In this document: one piece after another, positions 22,181 to 43,914 of the stretch
Numbering within the stretch: position 1 is the first letter of the stretch
Layout of the letters: each line of letters starts with the position of its first letter
Assembly (NCBI RefSeq): GCF_009914755.1
Contig: NC_060943.1
Reading direction: 5' to 3' (one strand)
Length of the DNA stretch: 64,000 bases
Origin: the human T2T-CHM13v2.0 reference genome, Homo sapiens
The notes under the pieces: generated by a model
The model's database searches: none
Told to the model about the DNA's origin: nothing
The model's input: only the letters and a program-made list of their open reading frames with translations
Made by a program: the position numbers and the translations under genes

Positions 22181-22525
22181 AAGCTTCTCAAATTCGGCAC
22201 TCTTGCTATCTTGAGCTGGGTCCTTCTCTGGGGTGGGGCTGTCCTGGGCCCTGCAGGGTGCTGAGCAGCAGCCCTGGCCTCCACCCACTGCATGCCAGGA
22301 GCACCCCCTAGTCGTGACAACCACAGACAGCCCCAGACCTCCCAGTGTTCCCTGTGGGCACAGCTGCATGGTTGGGCAGTGTGGGTCTGGGTGAGTGGGT
22401 TCTTTGCATCCCTGGCCTCCACCCCCTCCACGCCAGCACCACCCTCAGTCGTGACAGCCATAAATGTCCCTAGACATCGGAAGGCATCCTCTGGGGGCAC
22501 GATCAGCCTTGGTGGAGAACCCCTG
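22181..22525 (-). mobile_element. MER20, with two tandem copies of its distal half
   Basis: ccctggcctccacc...gccag..cacc...agtcgtgaca..ca...agac occurs twice; ends ggagaacccctg. Confidence 0.75.
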
Positions 22526-22977
22526 TTTTGGAATAACCCTTTCTGTACCCGGGCTATTACCACCCTATTGTGTTACCTTTTTTCTCAGTTCCTCACTTAT
22601 CTTTAGTTTTATTTTTGGTGCGTTGTTACATAGGATGTTTTCAAGTTGCCTGATGTGTCCTTCCCTTTAGGGCTTCCGAGTTTGTGTCCCACTTAGAGAG
22701 GTTTCCCCCGCCCTAGGAGTCCAGGAGCGTCGGCCCCTGGCTTCCACTGTGTCCTTCTGTGGTTCATAAGGACCTGCCATCTGGGGGCGGCGAGGTGGGC
22801 TGGGCTTTGTGTTTCCAACATGTCCACCCCAGCCGGCTGGGCCTGCGTACCCAGTGGGTGGCGCTCAGGTCTGCAGCTGCCTCCTTGGCTCCCCGGTTGT
22901 TAGCTGTGTGATCTAGGGTAGGCCACTTCCTGCCTGTGCCTCAGTTTCCTCTCCTGGGAAATGGGCTGGAATAGCTG

Positions 22978-23085
22978 TCCCTGCCTCCTCCGGTTGGTGG
23001 GCTGGTCAGCCATGCCAGGCACTCAGAGTCATCCCTGCCTCCTCGAGTTGGTGGGCTGGTCAGCCATGCCAGGCACTCAGAGTCA
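22978..23085 (+). repeat. 54-bp tandem duplication (2 copies, 52/54 identical)
   Basis: tccctgcctcctc..gttggtgggctggtcagccatgccaggcactcagagtca x2. Confidence 0.95.
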
Positions 23086-23699
23086 TGCCTGCATGGGGGC
23101 TCCAGGACCTCGTCATCAGCCTCTTCATCCTTACTGTCTGGTCTGTTCCAAAGGCCGCAGGCCCCAGAAAGACGGTGACACTCCAGGAGGTTGCTAGACC
23201 TGGCGGGCCCCAGGGCCAGGAGTGAGGGGCGGACGTGCCACTCTGCACTGCTGTCCCTCTCCACCCAGGCCTTGGGGCTCCCAGACAACCATGAAATTAC
23301 AAGGCAGGTTTGTAGATGCATAGATTATTTAGTTAATGATTATGGTTTTAAATGGTTAATTATGGAACATCAGATACCTATAAATAAGTGTGAAACATGG
23401 ACTGGTCCTCTTGTGTCTGCCAGGGGTTGCCTCCTGACTGGGTGGGAGCCTGCTTGGGGGCCCAAGTCTGCTGGCATCCCCGCTCTGTGTGGCTCCATCC
23501 CCTCGCCTGGGGGCAGTGGACGGACAGGTGGCCTTTGCCCGTAGTGCTCCCCAGACCCTGTTGAGTGCCTGGCAAAGATGTAGGTGGGCTGCACCTCCCT
23601 TTGTGTGGAAGGTTCCAGAAGGAAGTGCCAGGTGACCAAGCCTGTGTCTGTCCTGGGTTTTCTTGGCTCTTCACCCAAACACTTCCCTTTTTTGTTGTT

Positions 23700-26000
23700 T
23701 TTGTTTTAATAAAATTTTTTTGGACATAATTTCAGACTGACCCCAAAATTGCAAGAATAATAGGAAGAATTCCCAGACACCTTTCACCCAGGACCCCCAT
23801 GTGGCGACATTCCCTGCTTTGCCTTTAATCCTTTCCTCTCATTCTCTTTCCCTGCACTTCTTCCTAAACTGTCAGTGTGTGGCAGACATGACATCCCTTT
23901 ACCTCTCCTTCAGTGTGTATTTCCCCCAGACAAGGAATTTTTGTATCAAGTTATCAAAATCAGAAATTCACGCTGATAAAATCAAATCTACAGACCCTAT
24001 TCTGACTTTGCAGTAATGTCCTTAAGAGTCAGAAGAGAATCCAGGATCAACACAGCACTCAGTCGTCTTGCCTGTCGGTTCCTTTTAACCTGGGGCTGCT
24101 CCTGAGTCTGTCTCTGGGTTCTCTGACTCTGATGTTTTGGGGGCGTACAGGCCGTCATTCTGTTAAATGTCCCCCAGGTGGGTTTGTCTGATGGTTCCTC
24201 AGGACCAGATTCAGGCCACACACTTTTGGCAGGAAAGTCCTGGAGCCGACATTGGGTCCTTCTTAGTGCGCCCTATCAGGAGGCCCATCATGCTAATTTG
24301 TCCCATTTCTGGTGATGTTAACCTTGATCCTTTGGTTAAGGTGGGCCCGCCAGGTTTCCCCACCCTAACATTACTATTGTACCATTTGCATCTCATGGGG
24401 AGGCCAGTGTAAACACGCCGTTACTCCTCAAACGTTCACTGCTTGTTTCAGCAGACATTGATTCTTGCCGCATGGTGGTTGTCTAGTCCTGTCATTTCTT
24501 CTGCGTTTATTAGTTGATGTCTCCTATACAGGACAGCTGTCCCTTGTTCCTTTCTTATTTCTATCAGGGTGGGCTTGTGGATTCTTACTTTGTTCAATGG
24601 GTTATAATCCACTGCCATCACGATTGATCTGGTTGCTCAGATGGCTCCACATTTTTCCAGAAAGAGCCCGGTCGAGCTGGCTCCTGGGCCATTTGACATG
24701 TCCCCACCCTGCTCGGAGCACTTCCCAACTTTTTGGCACTGGGATGCTCCCAGCTCATCCTGTAGTCTCCCTCATGGTCGATCCCTGGGATTGACCAATC
24801 TCCAAGGAGCCCTGGTTCTGTTTGTGGAGAATGCCACTTAGAAACCGAGATCCAGGTGCTCCGTGTGCTCAGTGCTACTGGGGTGTCTTTGCTTCTAGGT
24901 CCTCTAATCAGACAGAGCTGGGAAGTAGATGTGTGTACATCTTACACACATGTACATTGTGTGTGTATATATGAATAGACATGTATACATACAGACACCT
25001 GACATTTGTATCCATCTCTGCATCCATCTATCCACCCACCCATCCACCCATTTACTCACCTATCCATCTATCCACCTGTCCACCCACCCACCCACCTGTC
25101 CATCTATCCATCTATCCATCCATCCATCCACCCACCCACCCATCTACCCATTTACTCACCTATCCATCTATCCACCCGTCCACCCACCCACCGACCCACC
25201 CACCTATCCATCTATCCATCCATCCATCCACCCACGCATCCACCCATTTACTCACCTATCCATCTATCCACCTGTCCACACACCGACCCACCCACCCACC
25301 TATCCATCCATCCACCCATTTACTCACCTATCCATCTATCCCCCTGTCCACCCACCCACCCACCAACCTATCCATCTATCCATCCATCCATCCACCCACC
25401 AATCCCATTTACTCACCTATCCATCTATCCACCTGTCCACCCACCCACCCACCTACCAACCTATCCATCTATCCATCCATCCAGCCACCCACCTATCCAC
25501 CCATTTACTCACCTATCCATCTATCCACCTGTCCACCCACCCACCCACCCACCTATCTACCATCCATCCACCCACCCACCCATCCACCCACCTATCCATC
25601 CACCCACCCATCCATCCACCCATTCACATATCCGTCCATCCATCTATTCATTCACCGATCCATCTGTCCGTCTGTCCATCCATCCATCCACCCACCCATT
25701 CACCTATCCATCCATCCAACCGTCCATCTGTTCATTCACCTATCCATCCATCTGTCTGTCCATCCATCCATCCATCCGTACATCCATTTATTCATCCATC
25801 CATCCATCCATCCATCCCCATTAATGCCCATGAGTTCACACTGAAACCTCTAGTTCCAGCCCCACACCCAGGGTCCCTTACCATCTTTCCCCATCGTTAT
25901 TTGTAACTCCCTTGGCTGACAGTGAGAATCCACCCACTGCCTACCATAAAAGCATCCTCCAGAGTAGGAGCCAATATTTCTTTTTTGTTTGTCTCAAAGA
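23700..26000 (-). mobile_element. Old L1MC/L1ME 3' region hosting the CCAY tract
   Basis: cataatttcagact...tttgtctgatggttcctca...ccatttctggtgatgttaaccttgatc...catgagttcacactga. Confidence 0.65.
25010..25820 (+). repeat. Compound (CCAT/CCAC/CTAT)n microsatellite with higher-order unit
   Basis: About 800 bp; catttactcacctatccatctatcc recurs 6 times (~25049, 25149, 25245, 25317, 25406, 25502). Confidence 0.95.
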
Positions 26001-26389
26001 CATACAGTCCCAAACTGTATTTAAAAGTTTACATGGATTAGTTCTTCCATTTTTTTCCCCCTTCTTTACTGTGGTTATATTGTTTGCTTGAAATAAGGTT
26101 TGGTTTACTTGTTTTTGTTTGTGTTTTGGACAAGGATTTTCCTCCTCAACTCTTGCTGATTTTAGTTGCCTGTTGATTGATTTCTTGATTCAACATACGT
26201 GATGTAGTGTATAGAACATTAGCATGGTTCCAGAGTCAGGACTGCACAAAAAGGCATGGGCGGAGAAGTGTCATCAACCCCCTTTCTCCTCCCCATTCCT
26301 GCCCACCCCCTGCAGGAAAGGAATCTCGTTAGTCTCTGGCTCAGCCTTTCAGGGCAGCTCAAAGAAGCAGATGTGTATTTTTTTAATGT

Positions 26390-29184
<2,795 letters not shown>

Positions 29185-31722
29185 TTACCCCACTGCCTTG
29201 GGGAACCCCCTCTGTCCCCCACACAGTCTCCGTATATGCCTGAGTCTGTGTTTGGTCTTCCTCGTCTCTCCACAGCAGGTCTGCCCCGTGGGTTGTTGGC
29301 CGCGGTCGGATGCTCAGCCGCTTGAGAATGCTGTCTCCTGCCTGGGTGCGTCTGGCTCCCCTCTGCGCGTCCTGTTTCGTGTTATTTTTTAGAGTTTGTG
29401 CATTTCTCTGTGTACTTTGGTACACAAATGCTTCTTTGAAGTTAATACGTGGCAGTAAAGCTGGCACTGGGGACGGCTAGGGCGGTGGATGGCGTGTGTC
29501 CTGGAGGGCGGGTGTGCTGGCAGAGACTTAAGGATGAGGTTAAGGATTCTCCTAAGTCCTTTTCTTCTGGGGGAAGGAGACTCGTGGGAACCCCTCCAGT
29601 GCAATGGCCTCGCCATTTCCACACGCCGGCCCCTGGCACTTTCCACCATTCGTGTGCTCGGCTCCCAGCTCTTGCCCTGCCACAGGCCCTCGCTCCCTCC
29701 TCACCCGGCCTGGAGTGCATGGCCCACAGTGGGCCTGTTCTCACCGCGCATCCCGCCAGCTCCTTGGCCCTTCTCAGCCCTTGCTGCCCCCCGGGCTCAT
29801 ACACCTCTACCCACGATCCAGAGATGGATCGTCAGGCCCACCCCAGCCCGGCAGCTTCCTAGAGCAATGCCCTCAGCCAGGCATGTTGTCTGGGGACGCT
29901 CGGCAGTGTCTAGACACAGCCAGTCCCTGTGACCCGGTGTGCATGTGTGCTGCCGTGCACGTTTCAGCTCCCCAGTTTCATGTAGTTGAGAACGCTTGAC
30001 TGTGAGATGCACCACGGCTCTGTGCTCCCTGGGAGTCCCCGTACCCCCGTGCGGTGAGCGTGAGAAGTCACCCACAGAGGGGCAGGAAGGCGGTTATATT
30101 TTAATGGTCACAGGTGGGCAGTACCCCTGGGTGTTGGGCAGAGGCCACCCCTGCTCCCCTCCGGAATACACTCCCTACTGTCCAGGCAGCCCTCAGATTA
30201 CAGCCCCCAGCCTGACCCCAGAGACATGCAAATATGGGACAGACGTAAGGCTTTGGTGCCGGAACCAGGAGCATCCCGGGCAAAGTGAGACGAGCTGGTC
30301 ACCCCCTGCACAGTCTCCCACTTCCCCAGGCTTCATTCTCCCACCCCTGGAAGTGGTAACCCTTCTAGAGGTACCTGTGTAGCGTCTTCCTTTTCTGCGC
30401 GCTCTGTGTGTGCCGGCCTGTCCTGCGGCCGTCACCTGGCAGATAGCTGCTGTCCCAGGGATCCAGCACAAAGCTTGGAGATGCGTCTGTGCAGCCCACT
30501 CTGTGGCTGTGTGTGGAGTTGATGGTGGACTTCTGTCACCCCATGACATCTGAGGCTACAGGAGTGGCCTGTGGAGATGTTGGTGGCCAGGTGGCACAAG
30601 TATGGAGAACACAGATGCCCGGGGCAGCTGGCAAGAAGGGGCAGGTGCTTTTGAAAGATGTTACCAAACCGTCCTTCCCAGTGGTGCTGCCAGGCCACTG
30701 GGGCATAGATCAGTGTGGGCACCTGTTCCTCCATGGCCTCTGTGACCTGTCGTGTCATTGGACTTGCTGGTCAGCCTCCTGAGTGACAGGATGGTGACAG
30801 CTGCCACTTAGGGGACCTCATTGAGCTTCCTGAAGACCCCACGATGAGGGTGTTAACATGGGGAGCCCCCTTTACAGATGAGGAAACTGAGGCCCCAGAG
30901 GTGGGGGCCTCACCCTCCTCCGGGCCTCATGGTGGGTGGTGGGGGTTCACCTTCCTTTATTTGCATGTGGATATCAAGCAGTTGTCCCAGCACTGTTTGT
31001 TGAAACACCTTTTCTTTCTGCATTCAGTGGTCTTGGGACCAGGCCTTGGGGGACTGTGCTCTGTACCATGTCCTCACCCAGGACGTCCCTCTAAGATCGC
31101 TCTTAGAGGCTACAGGGCCACGGGGGAGAAGGTCCCCACCATTCTCCAGCGGCTGCCTCGCCACACAGCTGGGAGGGATGTGGGGTAGAGAGCCCCCTGC
31201 TTGGCACTGGCCCTGGGGGTCTAAGTGATATGAGGGGCAGGGGTCGCCCCTGCAGTCACCGCGTCCTCCTCTGGCGGAGGTGAGTGGTGATGCTGGGTCA
31301 CAAGAGGTGGCTTCTCATCCCAGTGGTCTCGTGCTGCACTTCAGGGCCTCCATCACCTGATCTGGGGGCTGTGGGGGTCCTGGGAGAGGGCTCATGGGTA
31401 GGGGACAGTTTTTGATGTTCTCTTAGTGAAGGACAGAGAAGAAGGATGGGGGGCTGGTGGCGGCGGCAGGGAGCCAGGATGGTGCTGGTCCCGCCTCCCT
31501 TCCTTCCATCCCTGCTGCAGGCCTGCCCTCTTCATGCCTGGCTCCCCGCAGCCTCTCCCTGTCCCTGTCTGTCCCGCCACTACTGGAACCCCACCCTGCC
31601 TCTGGGTAGTGTGCACCCCATCCTCAGAGCGGAACCCCCATCCCCTGGGCTTGTGGGGGCTTCACTTCCTGCTGTTTCCCCGCAGCCCACGGCCATTCTC
31701 CTGCTCCTCCCACCCCTCCTCA

Positions 31723-32287
<565 letters not shown>

Positions 32288-32699
32288 TCAACGAGGAGCA
32301 CCAGCAAGGGGACACCAGAGCGGGCCCCAGCCACCTCCTGGCAGAAGCATGGGGCTCACGAGGCGGGGCGGGGGTGGTGAGGACCAGGCGCAGACCTGGG
32401 CAGGGACCTGGGCGGAACGGGGGAGGCGGAATCTTCTAGAAGGGCCTTGGGGGAGGGCCCTGTCCCCACCATCCCTCGTGAGCACCCCCTGCCAACCTCC
32501 ATCTCCCATTTGAGAGTTGGGGAACGTAGCAAAGTTATCTCAGGACTGGAATATGAATGGCAGCTCTTGGCCAGGCTCTGCCATATTGGAGAGGTTTCTA
32601 GAAGGTCCTGGAAGCCCACTGGCTCCTCTGTCATTTTCGGCATGGTTTTGGCCTCTCCTCTTCTCCCTTGCTTCATTGCTGTGATGTCAAGCATCTCTT

Positions 32700-36374
<3,675 letters not shown>

Positions 36375-37810
36375 TGATGCTGTCATTCATCCTGGTGCTG
36401 AGGTAGGTGGTCCTCGTTTTGGCCATCAGGAGCCCCTCGCATGTCCTTTCTGCCCGCTCCCATCCTGTCAAGCCTTCCCTTCCTCTCAGGTCCTGCAGGG
36501 CGATCTGGGCTCAGCTTGTATATTCTGCCCCAGCCCTGGAATTGACCACGTGTCCTGCAGGGCTCCCTGGTTCCTCACAGTGGAGAATGATGTTTACAAA
36601 CTGTGGCCTGGGTGCTGGCCGTGCTCGATGCTGTTGGGGCATCATTGCTTCTAGGTTTTCTCTGCTGACAGGGCTTGGAAGTAGGAACGCTAACCCATGT
36701 GTATATGCACACCTGTATCCATCTCACTGTCTCTTTTCCAGAGCTCCTGAGTTCATACTCATAGGGTGCCAGAGCGTTCATGTCGTGGGCCCATCTGAGG
36801 CTTTGGGTGTCCACCCCCAACCTGTAAGGGGTACGCAGAGCCCCTGGAAAAAGGAGGACCTTCCTGTGGGGCTGAAGACTTGGGTGGGAGGCAGGAGATG
36901 GCATGTCCCTTTTGAAGGCCACCTGGGGCTTGTGGCCGTGGGAGAGGCAGGCAGGGCTGGGCCCTGGGCCATCCCGGCTCAGGCAACCTCGCCAGGCGTG
37001 CAGGTGAGAGGATCCCTTCTTTCTGGTTCAGAGACTCCTGTTTTTGGACCCGTGCTCAGACCCGGGAAAGAGGTGGGCAGTGTGGTCTGGTGCAGGCCCA
37101 ACTTTCGGAACCCACCCGAGGGTCAGCCCTGGGGGCTCCGGTGACTGGCAGCCCCATGGCCAAGAGTACCTCCTTTTGGGGGGTTCTTGGGGGCCAAGTT
37201 CTGTGGTCCTCAGGCCTCTGTGCTGTGGTGCCACTGTCTCCTCCCTGATTCCCGCCAGTGGTCTCTTCTTCCGCCCCACCCGCGGGTCTTGGCGGAGGGG
37301 CTCACAGAGCCAGCACTGTATCTGAGGCTGCCCTCAGGGTCAGCACGTGCGGGGCAGTGGCTGTTACGTAATCGGTAGCTCGTGCTGTTTGGGGGCGTTG
37401 TCGTCCGATGCCTTGGGCTGTCACTGCAGGCTTCTGTCATGCTGCGGTGGGCTCCCCTTGCCAGTTCTATTCCTAGTGCCCAGATCTGCCTAGAAGCCGC
37501 AGCAGGGTTGACAGGCTGGGCCCGTGGCAGGGTGCAGTCAAACCTAAGCCACCTGGGTCTTCCCCTCCTGGCAGTTAATAGAACTTAGCTTTTGGAGCAG
37601 TTTTAGATTTACAGAGAATTTGGGCAAGTGGTAGTGAGAGTTCCCGTCTCTGCCTGCCACCCCCCACCCGTTTTCCTTGTGGGAACATCCTGCCTGTTGT
37701 GGCGCATTTGTCTCTTGATTAACACGTTGTTAATGACACTTCCCGCTTCATTCGGATTGCCTCTGCTTTCCCCTAATGGACTGTTTTCTGTCCCAGGGCC
37801 CCCCACACCG

Positions 37811-37888
37811 GGATTCCTCGTGGCCCGTAGCCGTCCCAGGATCCTTCGTGGCCCGTGGCAGTCCTGGGATCCCTCGTGGCCCATGGCC
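37811..37888 (+). repeat. 28-bp tandem repeat, ~2.8 copies, CpG-rich
   Basis: ggat(t/c)c(c/t)tcgtggccc(g/a)t.gc.gtcc.. at 37811, 37839, 37867. Confidence 0.85.
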
Positions 37889-38744
37889 CTCTCCTCAGGC
37901 TCCTCTGGGCTGGGACCACTCCCGACACGTTCCCTGTGTTTTGTGCCTGGACAGTGTTGAGGGGGCTGGCCAGGCAGATGGTAGGGCGCCCCTCGATTGG
38001 GGTGTGTCTGGCATTTTGCTCAGGCTGGCACGCGGTGGAGGCTGTTGGGAGGACTTCAGAGGTAAGGGCTCTTCTCATCACATCCCGGTGAGCGTCAGGA
38101 CGTGGGCCATCAGCAGGATGGGGTTGGAGCCGTGTGGCTGTTGCTGCTGCCCTGACGGCGTAGCTGCAGGGGTTCATCATCCTCTCCCCGGGATGCTGCC
38201 CCCGACTTTCCATTTGTGCACTGATGGAAGGAAGTCACCGCATAGCCCATGCGTAAGGAATAGGGAGCTGCCTGGGCCCCAACCCCTCGTCTTCCCTCCT
38301 GGAGGGGCAGTGGAGGCAGGCTAGCCCGGCCTCTCATCTATTGCGGATGGGGACCAGGGTGGACAGAGGCCTAGGCTCGGGCTGTGCCTTGAGAACTGGG
38401 GCCCGGCCTCAGCCCCAGAGCCTCCAGCCTCCCAGCTTGGAGTGGGCGCTTTTGGGGCCCCAGAGAGGGAGGGCAGAAGGACCCGTGGTCTTGGTAGCAC
38501 CGGGCTGAGGTCTGTCCAGCTGAGAGCCTCAGGGTCTGGTGGCTTCCATGCCTTCTTGACCAAGTGCTGAGAGTGGGGGTGGCCCGTCGTGCAGCGGGGG
38601 AGAGAGCTGTACAAAGAGACAGTTACTTGTGGCAGGGGAGACCCAGGATCCCGTGGGGACCTGGTGGCAGCCAGGAGCAGCAGGTCACAGGGGAGAGGCC
38701 TGGGTGGCCCCTGGGAGTGGACAGGCCCTTGTCTCCGCTGAAGT

Positions 38745-39201
38745 CAGGGAGGTACCCTTTGCTGCTATGACAAATGGCCGCAGACACAGTGGCTGAAAAC
38801 AGCACCCGTTCATTCTCTCCCATGCCTGGAGGAGAGAAGTCTGACATGGGCCTCCCTGGGCTAAAATCATGATGTGGGCAGGGCTGTTCCTTCTGGAGGC
38901 TCCCGGAGACAGTCCATTCCTTTCCTCTCCCAGCGTCTAGAGGTGTCCGCATCCCTCGGCTTGGGGCCCTTCCTCCCCCTTCACAGCCACAGCGCAGCGT
39001 TTTCCAGGCCTTGACTCTCACCCTCTGGCCTCCTCCCATGAGGAGGCTGTGAGGACATTCCGCCTCCCGGATCATCCCCTATCTCAAGATGCCTAACTCA
39101 GTCCCATCCGCAAAGCCCCTGTTGCCATGGAAGGTGAAATAGTCCCAGGGTCTGGGGGTTAGGATGGGGACATCTTTGGGAACCATTGTTCTGCTGCCCA
39201 C
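38745..39201 (-). mobile_element. MLT1 (MaLR) solo LTR
   Basis: gctgctatgacaaat...gtggctgaaaacag...tggagg..agaagtctga...ggctaaaatca...ccttctggaggctc...gttaggatggggacatctttggg. Confidence 0.75.
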
Positions 39202-39509
39202 AGCTGCGTGGAGGGATTCCGGTCCTCGGGTTCAGTTGGTGACAGTGTCGGGTAGGCCTGGGCAGGTGGGAGAGGTCGTGAAGCCCTTTGCAGGGCACTT
39301 GGCCGCTCATCTGGCACAGGGGAAGAGGCGCAGCCCGTGGCCCGGCAGTCCAGGACCTGCTGTTCCCTTCCTACCCGGGGCGGGGCCTGTGGGAAGATAT
39401 GGAAGTCGGGTGAATGAGCCGTGCCCAGTGATTTTAAAAAGCAGATTAAAATAACATAGAAAATGTCAGAGCTCATTGCGTGCTCTAGGGCATTTGTGAA
39501 ACTTGCATT

Positions 39510-41063
<1,554 letters not shown>

Positions 41064-41613
41064 GTCTTGGTGTCACATCCAAAGTTTGGAGTTCTGTTCC
41101 GCATCCATCCTACAAGTATCTGAGCGTCTTTGTGTCCAGGACTAAGTTCAACGCCTGGGCTGTGCCTTGGCCCCTGTGCGGTCGCAGCCCCTGCCCCCCT
41201 CTCTCCCCGTGCTCTGCCTCTTGGTGTTGGGAGGTGGGGGAAAAACTGGGTGCATTTTCTGCACTTTTCCCCTTGGAGGAAGCAAAACTTCTTGAAAATC
41301 TCTCAGTAGGTGTCTGCGTCTTAAGGCCTCCAGAAGCTTCTTTGGTTTCATTTGACTGTTCACGGATACTCCCGCTGCCTTGGCCCGTAGATTTTAGGAG
41401 CTAAGCTTAAAATGGGCCCTCATTGGAAAACTTGACTGGGTAAAGTGCTTATAGTTACGGATTTTTGTCTTGTTAAAAATTGACAAGAATGTGGAAAATC
41501 TGAATAAAGGCAAGCGTCCTCGGGCTGCGTACAGCTGGTGGGAGTCGAATTTAGAATTAAAACTTGAGCGTGCCATCAGTTTAGTTAATCATGCTTTTAT
41601 TTGCATGTTTTAG

Positions 41614-41696
41614 GAACCATCACTGTTGCTGGAGGCACCTGACAAATCCTAGCGAATTTTTGGAGCATCTCCACCCAGGAACCTCGCCATCCAGAA
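41614..41696 (+). other. KDM4B: KDM4B non-coding 5'UTR exon 2 (83 nt)
   Basis: Acceptor cttttatttgcatgttttAG| and strong donor GAA|GTAAGT. Unique sequence with no ATG; matches my recollection of the KDM4B 5'UTR. Confidence 0.85.
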
Positions 41697-42644
41697 GTAA
41701 GTAACACGGGCCTGGCCCCCAGGTGGCCCCACAGGACCAGGGACCGGAAGGCTGTGGCCTCTTCCCTGGGTGGCCCGCCAGGGAGAAGGTGGTGGCCTGA
41801 CCGGCTCTGAATTCCCGGGACGTCCAGGCGCAAGCTGTGCTTAGACGGGAGCCTGCGGGCCATGGTAGGGAGGTTCTTCTGCAAGTTTCTTCATGAAGCC
41901 TGTCTGCTTTGGGCTTGCATCTCGCCCTTCAGCATCGAACCACCCGACTCTCACTTCTAGAAACTGGAAAAGCTGTGGCTCCTCCTGCATTTCGGGTGAC
42001 ACTGGGGTTTCCCAGGACCCACTACCCTGTCTGCATCGGCCCTGGGGACACCTGAGCTCAAGGGGCGTTCCCCCACACACTGTCAGAAGTGGGGAGCAGT
42101 TAGAGCAGGGCTCTCTAAAAATGGGAGACTCATTTTTAAATGCCTTTGAGGTAGTTCCATGGCCCAGCCGCCCCGGGTTTAGTTCCTTTTCTTGTGCCTT
42201 TCTTATAAGCCGGTGGCACAAAGAGGTGCCTCTGGTGGCAGCCCAGGGGGACCACTCAGGAGAAGAGAGAGAATGACCTCATCCCTTCTGGCCACACCCA
42301 CAGGGCCCGGGTGACCCAGTGGAGGGTGTCAAGTGTGGGATGAGCAGTGCAGTGTCCTCCCGTCAAGGCAGAGGTGGCAGTGGCAGCGGCGGCCGGCAGA
42401 GCACCGGGGAAAGGCTGCCTTGTGCGGCGTCGCCCTTGGATTGTGTGCCGCTTCCCTGTGCAGAGGGAGGAAGGGGCCCATCCAGGGCCCCCTGTAGCTA
42501 ATGAGGGCGAGTGTGGACTTGAGCTGGGGCCCTTGAGTCATTTGTGGGTGCCTTTTCTGTTCTACTACGATTAGGACCTTGAGGAGGGTGGTGGAGCCCA
42601 GCCTCTTTTGGGAAGTCATAAAGTGTAAGGGAAGAGGCTCTGGT

Positions 42645-42862
42645 CACGTGGTTGGCAAACTATGGCCCCTGGACCCAATCTGACCCCCTGTTTTTATAAA
42701 TAAAGTTTTATTGGCACATGGCTGTGTCCATTTGCCTGAGCATTGTCCCTGGTTGCCTTCTCCTCACAGTGGGAGAAGTGACTAGCTGGAACAGAGGGCG
42801 TGGCCTGCGCATCTGGAGATATTTCCTGTTTGGGCCTGTGCAGAAAACCATGCGCCTCCTCT
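42645..42862. mobile_element. MER58A-like hAT fossil
   Basis: ggttggcaaactatggccc...tttttataaataaagttttattgg. Confidence 0.72.
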
Positions 42863-43010
42863 TGTCCAGGTTAACTTACTGCTGGCTGGAGCAGGATGGA
42901 CGAGTCTCTTGGTGACTTGGTTTGGAAATTGGCAGGTCTGTCTGTGCCTCCTGAAATCTTGCTTTTACCCTTCAAGTTTGTGCTTCCTTACAAGATGGTC
43001 AATTTTCTAA

Positions 43011-43680
<670 letters not shown>

Positions 43681-43914
43681 TGCCGAAGTTCACCACATAG
43701 CCCTTGATAAACCCACTTTATATCTGAAGGTGCTGAGTGCAGCAACCAGGAGGTGCTAGAAAGTCCTCGGGGAGAGCACAGGAGACAGGAGTAAGGGAGC
43801 AGGGCTCCTGCTTCCGAAGGCCTGGAGCTGAAGGAGAGGAGGAGCTCAGGGCAAACCATGTGGGCTTGCTGTGGTTTGGCAGGTCCCCAGATAGGCTGCC
43901 TTCACTTTGTAAAA

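Noticed and set aside
24929-25906. 325/287/272-aa His/Pro/Ser/Ile-rich ORFs
   Set aside because: Translation of the (CCAY)n microsatellite; low-complexity sequence lacks stops; no gene structure.
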